Below are positions 37,211 through 46,652 of a stretch of 64,000 nt of DNA, piece by piece; positions within the stretch are counted from its first letter, which is position 1, and every line of letters begins with the position of its first letter. This DNA comes from Candidatus Aenigmatarchaeota archaeon (GTDB lineage: Archaea; Aenigmatarchaeota; Aenigmatarchaeia; QMZP01; JAFGSV01). A model generated the notes under the pieces. It had not been told where the DNA came from. It saw only the letters and a list, made by a program, of their open reading frames with translations, and searched no databases. The position numbers and the translations under genes are program-made. The stretch lies in contig JAFGFG010000009.1 of the NCBI GenBank assembly GCA_016931255.1, positions 91,627 through 155,626 of the forward strand. The letters are read 5' to 3'.

Positions 37211-37558
37211 ATGGTAAGCCATGTTATCAGATGTGATAACACAAAATGCAGGGTTCACAACGTTTATTTCACACTTTATAGAGATATTATAATGAATATG
37301 GCACACGGCGTTGATTGTGATTATTTTGACGGGCAGCAATGCTGCATGAATAAAAAAATCAATGGATTCCCGCATCCCATTTGCGATTATATAGCAGACA
37401 GGCACCTTTTTCCAGACAGTCTTCACGAAACAACCGAAGTGATTGACTCTCTGGATATTGAATTATCTGAAATTCCCTTGGAATTTTCCAGTGATGATAA
37501 AGAAAATCTATCCGAATCCTATAGAGTAATAGGCGACAACAGACCTGAAGTTGCCTGA
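37211..37558 (+). CDS. hypothetical Cys/His-rich small protein
   Basis: 115 aa with about 8 Cys. The 3' end overlaps the convergent MEMO gene by about 50 nt. AT-rich leader. Could be non-coding. Confidence 0.25.
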   Translation: MVSHVIRCDNTKCRVHNVYFTLYRDIIMNMAHGVDCDYFDGQQCCMNKKINGFPHPICDYIADRHLFPDSLHETTEVIDSLDIELSEIPLEFSSDDKENLSESYRVIGDNRPEVA

Positions 37559-38323
37559 AGCATCACCTGACGAAGACTTGTGTATAATTCTTGGCTTCAG
37601 CTTGTTCTGCGCAGCTGCCTCCATTACTGCAGCTATCGGTCCGAATCCGCAGACTGAGCCGTCAATCTTTTCGAGTGTTTCAAATAATCCGTTCACGTCA
37701 AGCGTTTCTATCTTCTTCAGTGCAGCTCCATCCTTTTCATCCGCCTCTTTCACGGGAAGGTAATGCGAGAAATCCGAGGATGCTATGACAGCCACATCGG
37801 GGTCGTTCCTCATTATATTCGCTATCCTCCGTCCCAGTTCCCTGCACTGCTTCAGGAAGCCGTCCGAGTATGTGGTGTTCATTATGCAGAGAGGAACGAA
37901 TGTGAAGTCATCGCTGAACCTGTGCTGCAGGAGCGGCAGCTGCACCTCGATGCTGTGCTCATGGTCATGCGCCATAATGTCATTGCTAACGAAGTCCAGT
38001 GACTCCAGCTTCCCGGCGATTTCCTCGTCTATCCTGCACCCGCCCATCGGCGTGAGCCACACACCTTCTGACATCAGAGAGAATTCCTGCCCGAGTCCTG
38101 TGTGGTTGGGCCCGAGTATTATGAACTTGCTGGCTTTCTTCAGCGAGGATATCGCAAAGGCTGCGGTTCTTCCCGAATATACATAGCCGGCATGCGGCGA
38201 TATAACAATAGGGCAGTTGCCTTTGACATCCAGATTAGAAAACATGTGGTCCAGATGGCTTTTCAGCGCCTGCATCCCGTTCTCATAAAATGTCCCGGCA
38301 ACTGCAGGGTACCTTTCCTGCAT
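37508..38323 (-). CDS. MEMO1-family protein (AmmeMemoRadiSam system protein B)
   Basis: MQERYPAVAGTFYENG ... ISPHAGYVYSG ... His-rich metal site. 271 aa. Confidence 0.8.
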   Translation of the reverse strand: MQERYPAVAGTFYENGMQALKSHLDHMFSNLDVKGNCPIVISPHAGYVYSGRTAAFAISSLKKASKFIILGPNHTGLGQEFSLMSEGVWLTPMGGCRIDEEIAGKLESLDFVSNDIMAHDHEHSIEVQLPLLQHRFSDDFTFVPLCIMNTTYSDGFLKQCRELGRRIANIMRNDPDVAVIASSDFSHYLPVKEADEKDGAALKKIETLDVNGLFETLEKIDGSVCGFGPIAAVMEAAAQNKLKPRIIHKSSSGDASGNFRSVVAYYSIGFG

Positions 38324-38356
38324 ATATTATATAATGCCTGCGTGTTTAAAATTCTC

Positions 38357-39208
38357 ATGGAGTGCTGGATGGGCATTGACATAGGAGGATCCCATGTGGA
38401 AGGCGTTCTTATCACCAGCAGGCTGGGTATAATCAAGCAAGTGAGGGAAGACATACTCAAAAGGGACAGGAAAAATTTTTTGAAGACACTGGACGACACA
38501 ATCAAAGAGCTGAATGACAAAGGCGTTAAGGGCATAGGGTTCGGCGTTCCCGGACCTGTGAAAAACGGCGTGATGTTCTGGTCATGCAATTCCACTTTTC
38601 TGGAGGGCATCGATTTCTCAAAAATCGGGATGGCTGTTTCAAAGAATGTCTCAGTTGATAATGATGTCAATGCAATGGCATTCGGCGAGGCTTTTGCCAG
38701 GAAGAAAGGAAACCTTCTGGCTGTCACGCTGGGCACCGGTGTCGGTGGAGGCATTGTCATAGATGGTAAGCCTTACAATCAGAGGTCTTTTGCAGGCGAG
38801 GTCGGACACATGTCCATAGACCCCACTGGTATTAAGTGCACATGCGGCTCCAGAGGCTGCTGGCAGGAATATGTCGGCTCCCGTGGCGTCGAGCGCCTTG
38901 CTTTCAAGCATCTCGGAAGGAAAATGAGTCCGGCGGATGCGTATGACCTGGCTGCCAGGGGCGATGGAAAAGCGAAGAAGCTCTGGGAGGAATACGGCTG
39001 TTTCATGGGTGTCGGGCTTGCGAACCTCTGCAATGTGCTTGACCCTGAAGTCATAGTGATAGGCGGCGGAATCTCCGGCGCATTCCAGTTCTTTGAGAAA
39101 TCAATGAAAAAAGAAATGAAGAAAAGGCTGAGGATGGATATCCCTGTAATAGAAAAGGCAGGGGAGAGCGCCGTCGCATTCGGCGCAGCCTGCATGGCAA
39201 AATCCTAG
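38357..39208 (+). CDS. ROK-family sugar kinase (glucokinase-like)
   Basis: [15 protein letters not shown] (N-terminal ATPase phosphate-1 motif), CxCGxxGCWQ Zn motif ([12 protein letters not shown]), [12 protein letters not shown]. Start set to ATG 38357 because the upstream part of ORF 38102.. overlaps the MEMO gene. Confidence 0.8.
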   Translation: MECWMGIDIGGSHVEGVLITSRLGIIKQVREDILKRDRKNFLKTLDDTIKELNDKGVKGIGFGVPGPVKNGVMFWSCNSTFLEGIDFSKIGMAVSKNVSVDNDVNAMAFGEAFARKKGNLLAVTLGTGVGGGIVIDGKPYNQRSFAGEVGHMSIDPTGIKCTCGSRGCWQEYVGSRGVERLAFKHLGRKMSPADAYDLAARGDGKAKKLWEEYGCFMGVGLANLCNVLDPEVIVIGGGISGAFQFFEKSMKKEMKKRLRMDIPVIEKAGESAVAFGAACMAKS

Positions 39209-41508
39209 CCCACGTAATCCATTTCTTCTTCTCTCTTCTTGGTTTCCTTTGTGGATTTGGATCTCAGCTTCTCCATGAGCTTCTCGTAGTGCTTTATCAC
39301 TGAAGTGTCTATGCTCGGGGAGACCTCTTCAAGCGCCTGCGTGAAATGCTTGTTCTTGACATCCTTCGTGTTCATGTTTTCCCTCATCGCATTCAGCCCT
39401 GCTTCCCTCACAACTGATTCAAGGTCTGCGCCCGAATGACCTTCTGTCTCCTTTGCAATCTTCTTCAGGTCCACGTCCTTTGCAAGCGGCATGTTCTTGG
39501 TGTGCACCTTGAGTATCTCCAGCCGAGCCTTCTCTTCGGGAGCCTGGACGAGCACCTGCCTGTCGAACCTTCCCGGCCGCATTATCGCGGGGTCCAGCAT
39601 GTCAGGCCTGTTGGTCGCTGCCATTACAGTTACGTTGTGCATGTCCTCAAGTCCTGACATCTCTGTCAGTATCTGGGAAACGATATTCTCCGTTACCCTT
39701 GTACCGAGGTTCATGCCCCTTCTTGGCGTCAGCGAGTCTATCTCGTCGAAGAATATTATGCTCGGGGCGACCTGCTTGGCCCTCCTGAATATTTCGCGTA
39801 TCTTCTTCTCGGATTCCCCTACCCACATCGTGAGCACTTCCGGTCCCTTGACTGAGATGAAGTTAGCGCCGGCTTCTGTCGCGACAGCCTTTGCTATCAT
39901 GGTCTTGCCGCATCCAGGAGGCCCGTAGAGCAGTATTCCTGCAGGCGGTCTTATGCCCAGCCTGTCGAATGCCTTCGGGTTCTGCAGTGGCCATTCAACC
40001 ATCTCCTTGAGACGCTCTTTCACATTCTCAAGCCCGCCTACATCATCCCATTTCACGTTCGGTATCTCTATCATGACCTCTCTCATTGCAGACGGCTCCA
40101 CCATCTTCAGGGCGTTGTCGAAGTCGTTCTTCGTGACCCTGAGATTCTCAAGCACTTCCTGCGGAAGCTGGTCGGATTCCTTCCAGGACATGTTCGGGAG
40201 GTTTCTTCTCAATGCGGACATCGCGGCCTCCTTTGCTAGCCCTTCGAGGTCTGCGCCAACATAGCCGTAGGTCTTGTTCGCAAGCTCTGTGATGCTCACG
40301 TCCTTTGCTAAAGGCATGTTCCTTGTGTGTATCTGGAGCACTTCCTTCCGGCCCAGTGTGTCAGGAACGCCTATCTCCACTTCCCTGTCGAAACGTCCGC
40401 CTCTTCTCAGTGCCTCGTCAATGGCATTTGGCCTGTTCGTGGCAGCTATCACTACGACCTTTCCCCTGGACTTAAGCCCGTCCATGAGCGTCAGCAGCTG
40501 CGACACCACGCGCCTCTCGACCTCGCCTGTCACATTCTCCCTCTTCGGGGCAATGGAGTCTATCTCGTCTATGAAGATTATGCTCGGCGCCTTCTTCTCC
40601 GCTTCCTCGAAAACCTTCCTCAGGTTCTCCTCGGAGCCGCCGTACCACTTGGACATCATCTCCGGTCCGGCTATTGAAAAGAAGCTTGCTCCTGATTCAT
40701 TCGCCACGGCCTTTGCAAGTAGTGTCTTTCCAGTGCCGGGAGGGCCGTACAGAAGCACGCCTCTCGGGGGGTCTATGCCGACGCGCCTGAACAATTCAGG
40801 ATGCCTCAGCGGAAGCTCGACCATTTCCCTTATCTTTTCCACAGAGTCGCGAAGGCCGCCTATGTCCTCGTATGTTATCGTGGGTATGCTTTTCTCTTCC
40901 TCATCAATCGCCTCCGGGCTTATCTCCAGCTCGGTCATGTCCGTGACCTTGACCGCGCCGTCCGGGCTTGTTGAGACAACCTTGAATTTCAGGTTGCTTG
41001 GCATCGGTGTGAATGAGGACTGGAAGTCGTCCATGTCTATGCCGAATGATCTGAATATGTCGTCGAAGGGACTGGATGAGCGTGTTTCCCTTCTCTTGAC
41101 AACAGGTGACGGGTCGAGTATGTCACCCTTTCTTACGGGCCTGAACAGCAGATTCCTTTTCATAAGGTCAGGGCTTATCATGACACGGATGCCTTTCGTG
41201 GCAGGTGCAAGGGTGACCTTATGTGCATCCTTTGCATCGACCTTCGTTACCCTGATGTTTTCACCTACGCCTATGCCGGCATTCCTACGCGTTATGCCGT
41301 CCATCCTCACAAGGCTCAGTCCTGCGTCCGCAGGATATGCCCTTATAGTTATTGCGACTGTCTTCCGCTGGCCTTCCAGCCCGACAATGTCTCCTTCCTT
41401 GAGTCCCAGCTCCTTCATGCTGTTGCTGTCCATCCTGATGAGTCCCCTTCCGGACTCCGTCCTGTCGGTAAGTTCACCGACCCTCAAACTGATTTCCTTG
41501 TCTCCCAT
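39205..41508 (-). CDS. cdc48: Cdc48/VCP-like AAA+ ATPase (VAT homologue; N-domain plus D1 and D2 AAA modules)
   Basis: Two Walker A sites ([15 protein letters not shown]; [15 protein letters not shown]), SRH regions, double-psi barrel N-domain. 767 aa. Antisense 582-aa ORF 40274..42022 is low-complexity and spurious. Confidence 0.95.
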   Translation of the reverse strand: MGDKEISLRVGELTDRTESGRGLIRMDSNSMKELGLKEGDIVGLEGQRKTVAITIRAYPADAGLSLVRMDGITRRNAGIGVGENIRVTKVDAKDAHKVTLAPATKGIRVMISPDLMKRNLLFRPVRKGDILDPSPVVKRRETRSSSPFDDIFRSFGIDMDDFQSSFTPMPSNLKFKVVSTSPDGAVKVTDMTELEISPEAIDEEEKSIPTITYEDIGGLRDSVEKIREMVELPLRHPELFRRVGIDPPRGVLLYGPPGTGKTLLAKAVANESGASFFSIAGPEMMSKWYGGSEENLRKVFEEAEKKAPSIIFIDEIDSIAPKRENVTGEVERRVVSQLLTLMDGLKSRGKVVVIAATNRPNAIDEALRRGGRFDREVEIGVPDTLGRKEVLQIHTRNMPLAKDVSITELANKTYGYVGADLEGLAKEAAMSALRRNLPNMSWKESDQLPQEVLENLRVTKNDFDNALKMVEPSAMREVMIEIPNVKWDDVGGLENVKERLKEMVEWPLQNPKAFDRLGIRPPAGILLYGPPGCGKTMIAKAVATEAGANFISVKGPEVLTMWVGESEKKIREIFRRAKQVAPSIIFFDEIDSLTPRRGMNLGTRVTENIVSQILTEMSGLEDMHNVTVMAATNRPDMLDPAIMRPGRFDRQVLVQAPEEKARLEILKVHTKNMPLAKDVDLKKIAKETEGHSGADLESVVREAGLNAMRENMNTKDVKNKHFTQALEEVSPSIDTSVIKHYEKLMEKLRSKSTKETKKREEEMDYVG

Positions 41509-41523
41509 AACACCACCTTTAAT

Positions 41524-41745
41524 TTACTCATCCCTTATTCTTAATATTATCGAATGCTTGGTCTTTATGACCTCCATCCTCGGCTCCTTCCTCACGGTTT
41601 CTATTATCCGGACGTACTTCCGTATTGTCACGTTGTGTATCCCCGTTTCCTGTGAAAGCTCATTGATTGAGCAGGCGCTGCTCCTCTCCAGTGCCCGGAA
41701 TATCTCCTGCATTATCTCCAGCGGATCCTTCCTCATATCAATCAC
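41524..41745 (-). CDS. small HTH DNA-binding protein (73 aa)
   Basis: INELSQETGIHNVTIRKYVRIIE is helix-turn-helix-like. Lies 15 nt upstream of the cdc48 start. Confidence 0.5.
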   Translation of the reverse strand: MIDMRKDPLEIMQEIFRALERSSACSINELSQETGIHNVTIRKYVRIIETVRKEPRMEVIKTKHSIILRIRDE

Positions 41746-41752
41746 ATTCTTT

Positions 41753-41896
41753 CTAATTCAGGGAAAGCATCTGTTCAAGAAGACCCGCATTGGGACCGTT
41801 CCTTCCGGGCCTCTCGTCAAGCTTCTCCTGATAGTATCTCTCTATCTGCCTTGTCACAGGTCCGGCTTCGACAGCATCCATCACATATCTGTTCAT
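41753..41896 (-). CDS. hypothetical micro-protein (47 aa) with strong SD, first gene of the small-ORF/HTH/cdc48 unit
   Basis: Manual translation gives MNRYVMDAVEAGPVTRQIERYYQEKLDERPGRNGPNAGLLEQMLSLN. GGAGGG sits 7 nt upstream of ATG. The stop lies 7 nt before the HTH gene. Below the ORF-track size cutoff. Confidence 0.4.
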   Translation of the reverse strand: MNRYVMDAVEAGPVTRQIERYYQEKLDERPGRNGPNAGLLEQMLSLN

Positions 41897-42094
41897 GAAA
41901 TCACCCTCCCACGCGCCTTCTCACAGTATACACAAATACACACGTACACTCATTTTATCAGTATACACATGTCCATATTCATGTATGCATATCTATATAC
42001 TATAATATCAAGACATATATAAACCTTTCGGTTGTATGGGCTTTGTGTATTAAGTGACGTTTGCTGGATATGCATAAAATCCGGTGAATGAAAA

Positions 42095-42110
42095 TTTCAA
42101 TAAATTGAAA
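42095..42110. promoter_or_regulatory. perfect palindrome TTTCAATAAATTGAAA in AT-rich intergenic region upstream of the micro-ORF/HTH/cdc48 unit
   Basis: 7-bp arms with a 2-nt spacer, flanked by repeated ATGCAWAA motifs (42070-42078, 42113-42120, 42124-42131). Confidence 0.35.
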
Positions 42111-42180
42111 TAATGCATAAGAAATGCAAAATGAATAGCTTTGTTGTTGAATAACGCGTCTGATAGATGTTGCTTACTGC

Positions 42181-42342
42181 TTAGTTCCTCTTCTTCGCGA
42201 AACAATCCCTGCAAAATACATCTCTGCCTTCTGTCGGCTTGAACGGAACTTCGCATTCTTTCTTGCATTCCGCACAGATTGCTTTGTGCATTTCTCTTGG
42301 ACCGAAATCCCTTCGAGGGCCTCGGTTTTCGTAATTTCCCAT
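42181..42342 (-). CDS. CxxC-x17-CxxC zinc-ribbon micro-protein (53 aa)
   Basis: Manual translation gives MGNYENRGPRRDFGPREMHKAICAECKKECEVPFKPTEGRDVFCRDCFAKKRN. GGAGGA SD sits 8 nt upstream. Resembles the widespread RDFGP...CxxC...VPF.P....PV.C..C small-protein family. ORF-track ORF 42174..42410 is a different frame and judged spurious. Confidence 0.5.
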   Translation of the reverse strand: MGNYENRGPRRDFGPREMHKAICAECKKECEVPFKPTEGRDVFCRDCFAKKRN

Positions 42343-42465
42343 AATATTTCCTCCAATAAACGCGAAAAGAGAATAAACTCCAGACGCTGCTTGCTTTTTG
42401 GATAAGTCACTTTATAAGTGTTCAGTGGCCATTTTGCACGAAAACGCTGTATTTTGCGCCCGGAA

Positions 42466-43206
42466 TCACAGCCTGAGCTTCCCTGACTGTATCCGCATGA
42501 TTACCATTCTCGACAGCCGCACGACATCGGGGACGCCGCCCTTCAGCAGCAGGTTCTTCTTCAGTGCCATCCTCTCGATGGTCTCGCTGTGGTTCTCACC
42601 AGGCTCCACGCCGAATTCCCTCTCTATTGCCCCGGGATACTTCTCCATTATTCCCTCAAGTGCGACCTCGGGATGCTTCACGCTCGCGAAGTCCTTCGTG
42701 CCTATGACGACATGCTTGGTGTTGTCCTTCTCGCCGTAGGGTATGACTCCGGGGGTGTCGAGGAGCAGTATCCTCCTGTCCGCGCGTATCGGCTGCTCTC
42801 GCTTGGTATGTCCCGAAAGGCTGCTGGTCGAAGCGGAATGCTTCCCTTTCAGAAGGTTTATCACCGAGGACTTCCCGACATTTGGATAGCCGAGGACGCC
42901 CACCTTTATGTCGTGGTACTTTCCGTACTTCTTCTCCCCTTCTATCAGTATTCTCTCCCTCAGCGACTTCTTGCCTGTGCGCTCCTTGACTGACACAAGC
43001 ACGTAGGGCCTCGGTATGGTGATCTTGTCTATCTTTCCTGCAAGGTCTGACTTTGTCACAGCGAAGATGTAAGGCTTGTAGCGGCTGTTTATCTTTGCAG
43101 TGATTTCCTCGTTCATGGTCTCCTGAATGAACCTTGCATCAAGGACTATCACGAGGAGATCTGCTTTTTTTATGGTCTGGTTGACAGACTGCCACATAAT
43201 GCTCAT
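42466..43206 (-). CDS. circularly permuted GTPase (YlqF/RbgA / Nug1-Lsg1-like ribosome-biogenesis GTPase family)
   Basis: Motif order is G4 (AVTKSD), then G1 (GYPNVGKSSVIN), then G3 (DTPG). 246 aa. Confidence 0.7.
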   Translation of the reverse strand: MSIMWQSVNQTIKKADLLVIVLDARFIQETMNEEITAKINSRYKPYIFAVTKSDLAGKIDKITIPRPYVLVSVKERTGKKSLRERILIEGEKKYGKYHDIKVGVLGYPNVGKSSVINLLKGKHSASTSSLSGHTKREQPIRADRRILLLDTPGVIPYGEKDNTKHVVIGTKDFASVKHPEVALEGIMEKYPGAIEREFGVEPGENHSETIERMALKKNLLLKGGVPDVVRLSRMVIMRIQSGKLRL

Positions 43207-43239
43207 GAAGAAGAAAGAGATTCATGAAATATTAATACG

Positions 43240-43815
43240 ATGCACAGAAGAATACTCATGGCTGAAGTGAAGATACTTCTGGAGGGCTATGCCTCAGGCG
43301 ACGGTGGGGATGACGATTCATGCTCATGCTCGACTGTGACGCTCGTCCGGGATGGGGATATTGTCATGATTGTCGACCCCGGGACTCTGAAAGACAGGAA
43401 ACTGCTTACAGACGCTCTCGCAAAAGAGGGACTCTCCGTTGATGATGTCAGCGTGGTCTTCATAACGCATTCCCACATGGACCATTTCAGGAACATAGGG
43501 ATGTTCCCGAAGGCAAAAGCCATCGACCACTGGGGCTGGTGGTCCGGTGACGAATGGTCTGAATGCAACGGCAAGGTGACGGAGGATATTGAAATCCTGA
43601 AGACCCCGGGCCACAGCGGCGGCAGCGTTACGCTTTTCGTGAAGACATCCAAAGGCATCGTGGCCATCTGCGGCGACGTGTTCTGGAAAGAGAACTATCC
43701 AGAGAAGGACCCGTATGCCACCAATCCGGCAAAACTGGAGAAGAGCAGGAAAATTGTTTTAGAGAAGGCTGACTGGGTGATACCAGGCCACGGTCCGATG
43801 TTCAGGTCCAGCTAG
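43240..43815 (+). CDS. MBL-fold metallo-hydrolase
   Basis: HxHxDH motif (THSHMDHF) and downstream His/Asp ligands. 191 aa. Confidence 0.75.
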   Translation: MHRRILMAEVKILLEGYASGDGGDDDSCSCSTVTLVRDGDIVMIVDPGTLKDRKLLTDALAKEGLSVDDVSVVFITHSHMDHFRNIGMFPKAKAIDHWGWWSGDEWSECNGKVTEDIEILKTPGHSGGSVTLFVKTSKGIVAICGDVFWKENYPEKDPYATNPAKLEKSRKIVLEKADWVIPGHGPMFRSS

Positions 43816-44468
43816 GCTTCGAGCCTACTGAAGAAGCGCGTGCCTATGAATGAGAGCGCAATTATCAGCACTGCTATCACTGACACGTCTAGAAGCGCCG
43901 GGAATTCCGTTGCCCCACCCATCGCGTGCTTCAGCATGTCCACCCCGTATGTCATGGGATTTATGATAGTTACCATTCTTATCGCTGCCGGGAAATTGCT
44001 GACAGGGAACAGCGCCCCGGATAGGAAAAACATGGGCATGACGAGGAAATTCATTATGGTCGGGAACGTCTGCATGTCATCCAGCCTTGATGCTATTGTG
44101 GTGCCCAGCAGCGTGAACATAAAAGACAGCGCGAACATGGACAGTACCGCTACAGGAAGCATGAGCCAGTTCATCGTGAAGCCGAGCGGGATACTTATGA
44201 GAAGTACGAGCATGCCCTGGATAGTGCTCGTGGTTGCGCCGCCTAGGCACCTCCCGATGAGGAGTGATATGCGGGACACGGGTGCAATCAGCGTCTCCTT
44301 GAGGAAGCCGAAGTTCTTGTCCCATATGAGCGACACCCCGTTCATGACAGAGCTGAAGAGAACAGCCATGCCCACTATTCCCGGAATAAGGTACTGCATG
44401 TAGTTGCCTGCGCCCGCCTGCTCGAACACAGGGCCGAAGCCGAATCCGAAAGCCAGAAGGAACAGCAT
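43812..44468 (-). CDS. ABC-2 type transporter permease
   Basis: 218 aa, 5-6 hydrophobic helices. An in-frame stop lies upstream of ATG 44468. Located downstream of its ATPase. Confidence 0.65.
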   Translation of the reverse strand: MLFLLAFGFGFGPVFEQAGAGNYMQYLIPGIVGMAVLFSSVMNGVSLIWDKNFGFLKETLIAPVSRISLLIGRCLGGATTSTIQGMLVLLISIPLGFTMNWLMLPVAVLSMFALSFMFTLLGTTIASRLDDMQTFPTIMNFLVMPMFFLSGALFPVSNFPAAIRMVTIINPMTYGVDMLKHAMGGATEFPALLDVSVIAVLIIALSFIGTRFFSRLEA

Positions 44469-44551
44469 CGGCTGGACGAGCGAGACGACAAGCCTGGACC
44501 TCCATCTGGCATACTGCTTCAGCTGCCTTTCCTACATCACGTAAACGGCAT

Positions 44552-45376
44552 TCATCGTCTCATCCTCCTCACGTTCCTAAGCCTTTCAAGTGCGCTGACG
44601 TTCTCTTCCCGTATGTCGTAGCCTGTCAGCCTGAGGAACGCGCTCTCAAGTGATTTTGTCTTAGTCCTTTTCATTATCTCCTTCGATGTCCCGGTGATGA
44701 TTATCCTGCCTTTGTCTATCACTGCTATCTTCGTTGCTATCTTCTCAGCCTCTTCCATGTTGTGGGTGGTGAAGAATATGGTCATATCCTTCTCGCGGTT
44801 TATCTTCCTTATGTGCTCCCAGAGGAAGTTCCTTGTCTGGACGTCCAGCCCTATGGTCGGCTCGTCGAGGAAAAGTATTTCAGGTGAATGGAGGAGTCCG
44901 CGCGCAATTTCCACCCTCCTCTTCATGCCGCCTGAGAACTTGCCTACGAGGTCGTCCTTCCTGTCGAGCAGGTTCACGTATTTGAGAAGGCTTTCTATTT
45001 TTTCCTTCCTCTCACTCTTCGGCACCCTGTAGAGCATCGCATGATAATAGAGATTTTCATATGCGGTGAGGTCGTCGTCGAGGCTGTAATCTTGGAATAT
45101 GACGCCTATCCTTTCCCTCACGGAACTCTTGTTTTCACTTACAACATGTCCTCCGACTTTCATCTCGCCTGATGTCGGCGACAGCATGGTGGTCAGCATC
45201 TTTATTGTCGTGGATTTTCCCGCGCCGTTGGGTCCCAAAAATGCGAATATCTCACCTTTCTCTACAGTGAAGCTGACTTTGTCTACTGCTGTGAGATTCC
45301 CGAATTTTTTGGTGAGATTGCTGACTTCTATGGCTGTCATTTCTTTCACATGATATAGATGGCGCATCTTATTCAT
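44552..45376 (-). CDS. ABC transporter ATP-binding protein (ABC-2/DrrA-like)
   Basis: Walker A GPNGAGKST, signature SGGMKRR, Walker B ILFLDEPT. 274 aa. Confidence 0.88.
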   Translation of the reverse strand: MNKMRHLYHVKEMTAIEVSNLTKKFGNLTAVDKVSFTVEKGEIFAFLGPNGAGKSTTIKMLTTMLSPTSGEMKVGGHVVSENKSSVRERIGVIFQDYSLDDDLTAYENLYYHAMLYRVPKSERKEKIESLLKYVNLLDRKDDLVGKFSGGMKRRVEIARGLLHSPEILFLDEPTIGLDVQTRNFLWEHIRKINREKDMTIFFTTHNMEEAEKIATKIAVIDKGRIIITGTSKEIMKRTKTKSLESAFLRLTGYDIREENVSALERLRNVRRMRR

Positions 45377-46649
45377 ATCTCAATGCGTCTACAGGCTTCA
45401 GCCTTGATGCCCTGTATGCTGGTATGATGCCGGCCAGCATGGAGATTCCTACTGCTATTCCCATTGCTGACAGTAGAAGCTCGGGTGTGACGAGCGTCGA
45501 ACTGAACATGTTCATCATCCCCCCTCCGGGACCTCCTCCTGTGGTTGTCGTGATTCCGCTGTTCATGAATGATGATACAATTGAACCGAGCACTATCCCG
45601 ATGAGCCCGCCGACGACACCTACAAGTGCAGAGTTCATCATGAAGATTGCCATTATGTCCCTGTTCCTCGCGCCTATTGCCTTCATTATGCCTATCTCTT
45701 TGGTCTTCTCGAGGACAGTGGTGAACATCGTGTTGGCTATGCCGACTGCACCAACGAGCAGCGAAACGGCTGCTATCGCTCCCAGGAAGAGTGTGATAGT
45801 TTCCGTTGCCGAGCTTATGGTCTCCTGCATGCTGGCTGATGACGTTATGGAGTAGTCCTTGGTGTTCGTTGTCACATGTCTTGTCATCATGAGCTTTTTG
45901 TCTATGGCATCCATGGTCTCTTCTATGAGCTCAGCATCCTCGACCTTCACGGTTATGGAATCAAACTCCTCGTCCCCTATGCTTTCAAGCAGTGACCTAG
46001 CAGCTTCTATGGGCATTATGACAGACGTGTCGCTTCCTCCCATCATGCTTCCGCTTTCCTTGAGTATGCCCACTATCTTGAAGGACCTTTCCTCAATTGT
46101 TATTACCCTGTTCAGCACGAGCGGCTGCTTGAAAACGTCATTAGCCAGCCGGCTTCCTATGATTACTGATGCATAGTTGGATGTCGTCAGAAACCTTCCT
46201 GACTCAAGTTCGGACGTCGTGACCGTGTTCCACGAAAGCGGGTCTACACCTGTTATGCTTATCCTTGAATCCTCCCCAAGATAGTATATCTCCCCGTTCC
46301 CGCTGACCGTGCCGCTTACCATATCCACGTTTTCGACTGATTTTATGAATTGGATATCTTTCTTTGTCAGGTTATTGCTGGTTCCCGAAGTACCAGTGTT
46401 CATGTTCCCTCCAGACATTCTCATTGCGAAGGACGATGATGCCCTTGAGCCTCCCGGGCTTATGGTTATCAAGTCCGCTCCAAGCCCTCCAAGCTGGCTT
46501 TCCACTGACTGCTGCATGCCTTCGCCTATGGACACTATCGCGACCACAGCAGCTACGCCTATGACTATTCCTATGATAGTCAGCCAGCTCCTTAGTTTGC
46601 TGTGCAGCAGGATGTTCAGTGCCAGCCTGAAGGACTTGGACGTTTTCAT
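45369..46649 (-). CDS. ABC transporter permease, FtsX/MacB-like with large extracytoplasmic domain
   Basis: 426 aa. N-terminal TM, about 250-aa periplasmic domain, three C-terminal TMs (FtsX topology). Confidence 0.75.
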   Translation of the reverse strand: MKTSKSFRLALNILLHSKLRSWLTIIGIVIGVAAVVAIVSIGEGMQQSVESQLGGLGADLITISPGGSRASSSFAMRMSGGNMNTGTSGTSNNLTKKDIQFIKSVENVDMVSGTVSGNGEIYYLGEDSRISITGVDPLSWNTVTTSELESGRFLTTSNYASVIIGSRLANDVFKQPLVLNRVITIEERSFKIVGILKESGSMMGGSDTSVIMPIEAARSLLESIGDEEFDSITVKVEDAELIEETMDAIDKKLMMTRHVTTNTKDYSITSSASMQETISSATETITLFLGAIAAVSLLVGAVGIANTMFTTVLEKTKEIGIMKAIGARNRDIMAIFMMNSALVGVVGGLIGIVLGSIVSSFMNSGITTTTGGGPGGGMMNMFSSTLVTPELLLSAMGIAVGISMLAGIIPAYRASRLKPVDALRYE

Positions 46650-46652
46650 TGA

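Noticed and set aside
38102-38356. Upstream extension of the ROK kinase ORF
   Set aside because: It would overlap the convergent or divergent MEMO gene start by about 220 nt. The N-terminal ATPase motif MGIDIGGS begins right after the internal Met at 38357.
40274-42022. 582-aa plus-strand ORF (and 39491..39928, 39953..40264, 41221..41544) antisense to cdc48
   Set aside because: Ser/Leu/Phe-rich low-complexity translation lying entirely opposite a strongly supported AAA+ gene. Typical spurious antisense ORF.
41897-42180. AT-rich 280-bp intergenic region as a possible replication origin
   Set aside because: No orc1/cdc6 gene is adjacent and I could not discern repeated ORB-like elements. More parsimoniously a promoter/operator region for the micro-ORF/HTH/cdc48 unit.
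42174-42410. 78-aa minus-strand ORF from the six-frame track
   Set aside because: It overlaps, in a different frame, the 53-aa CxxC zinc-ribbon ORF, which has an SD and a recognisable conserved family pattern. Its own product has no features.
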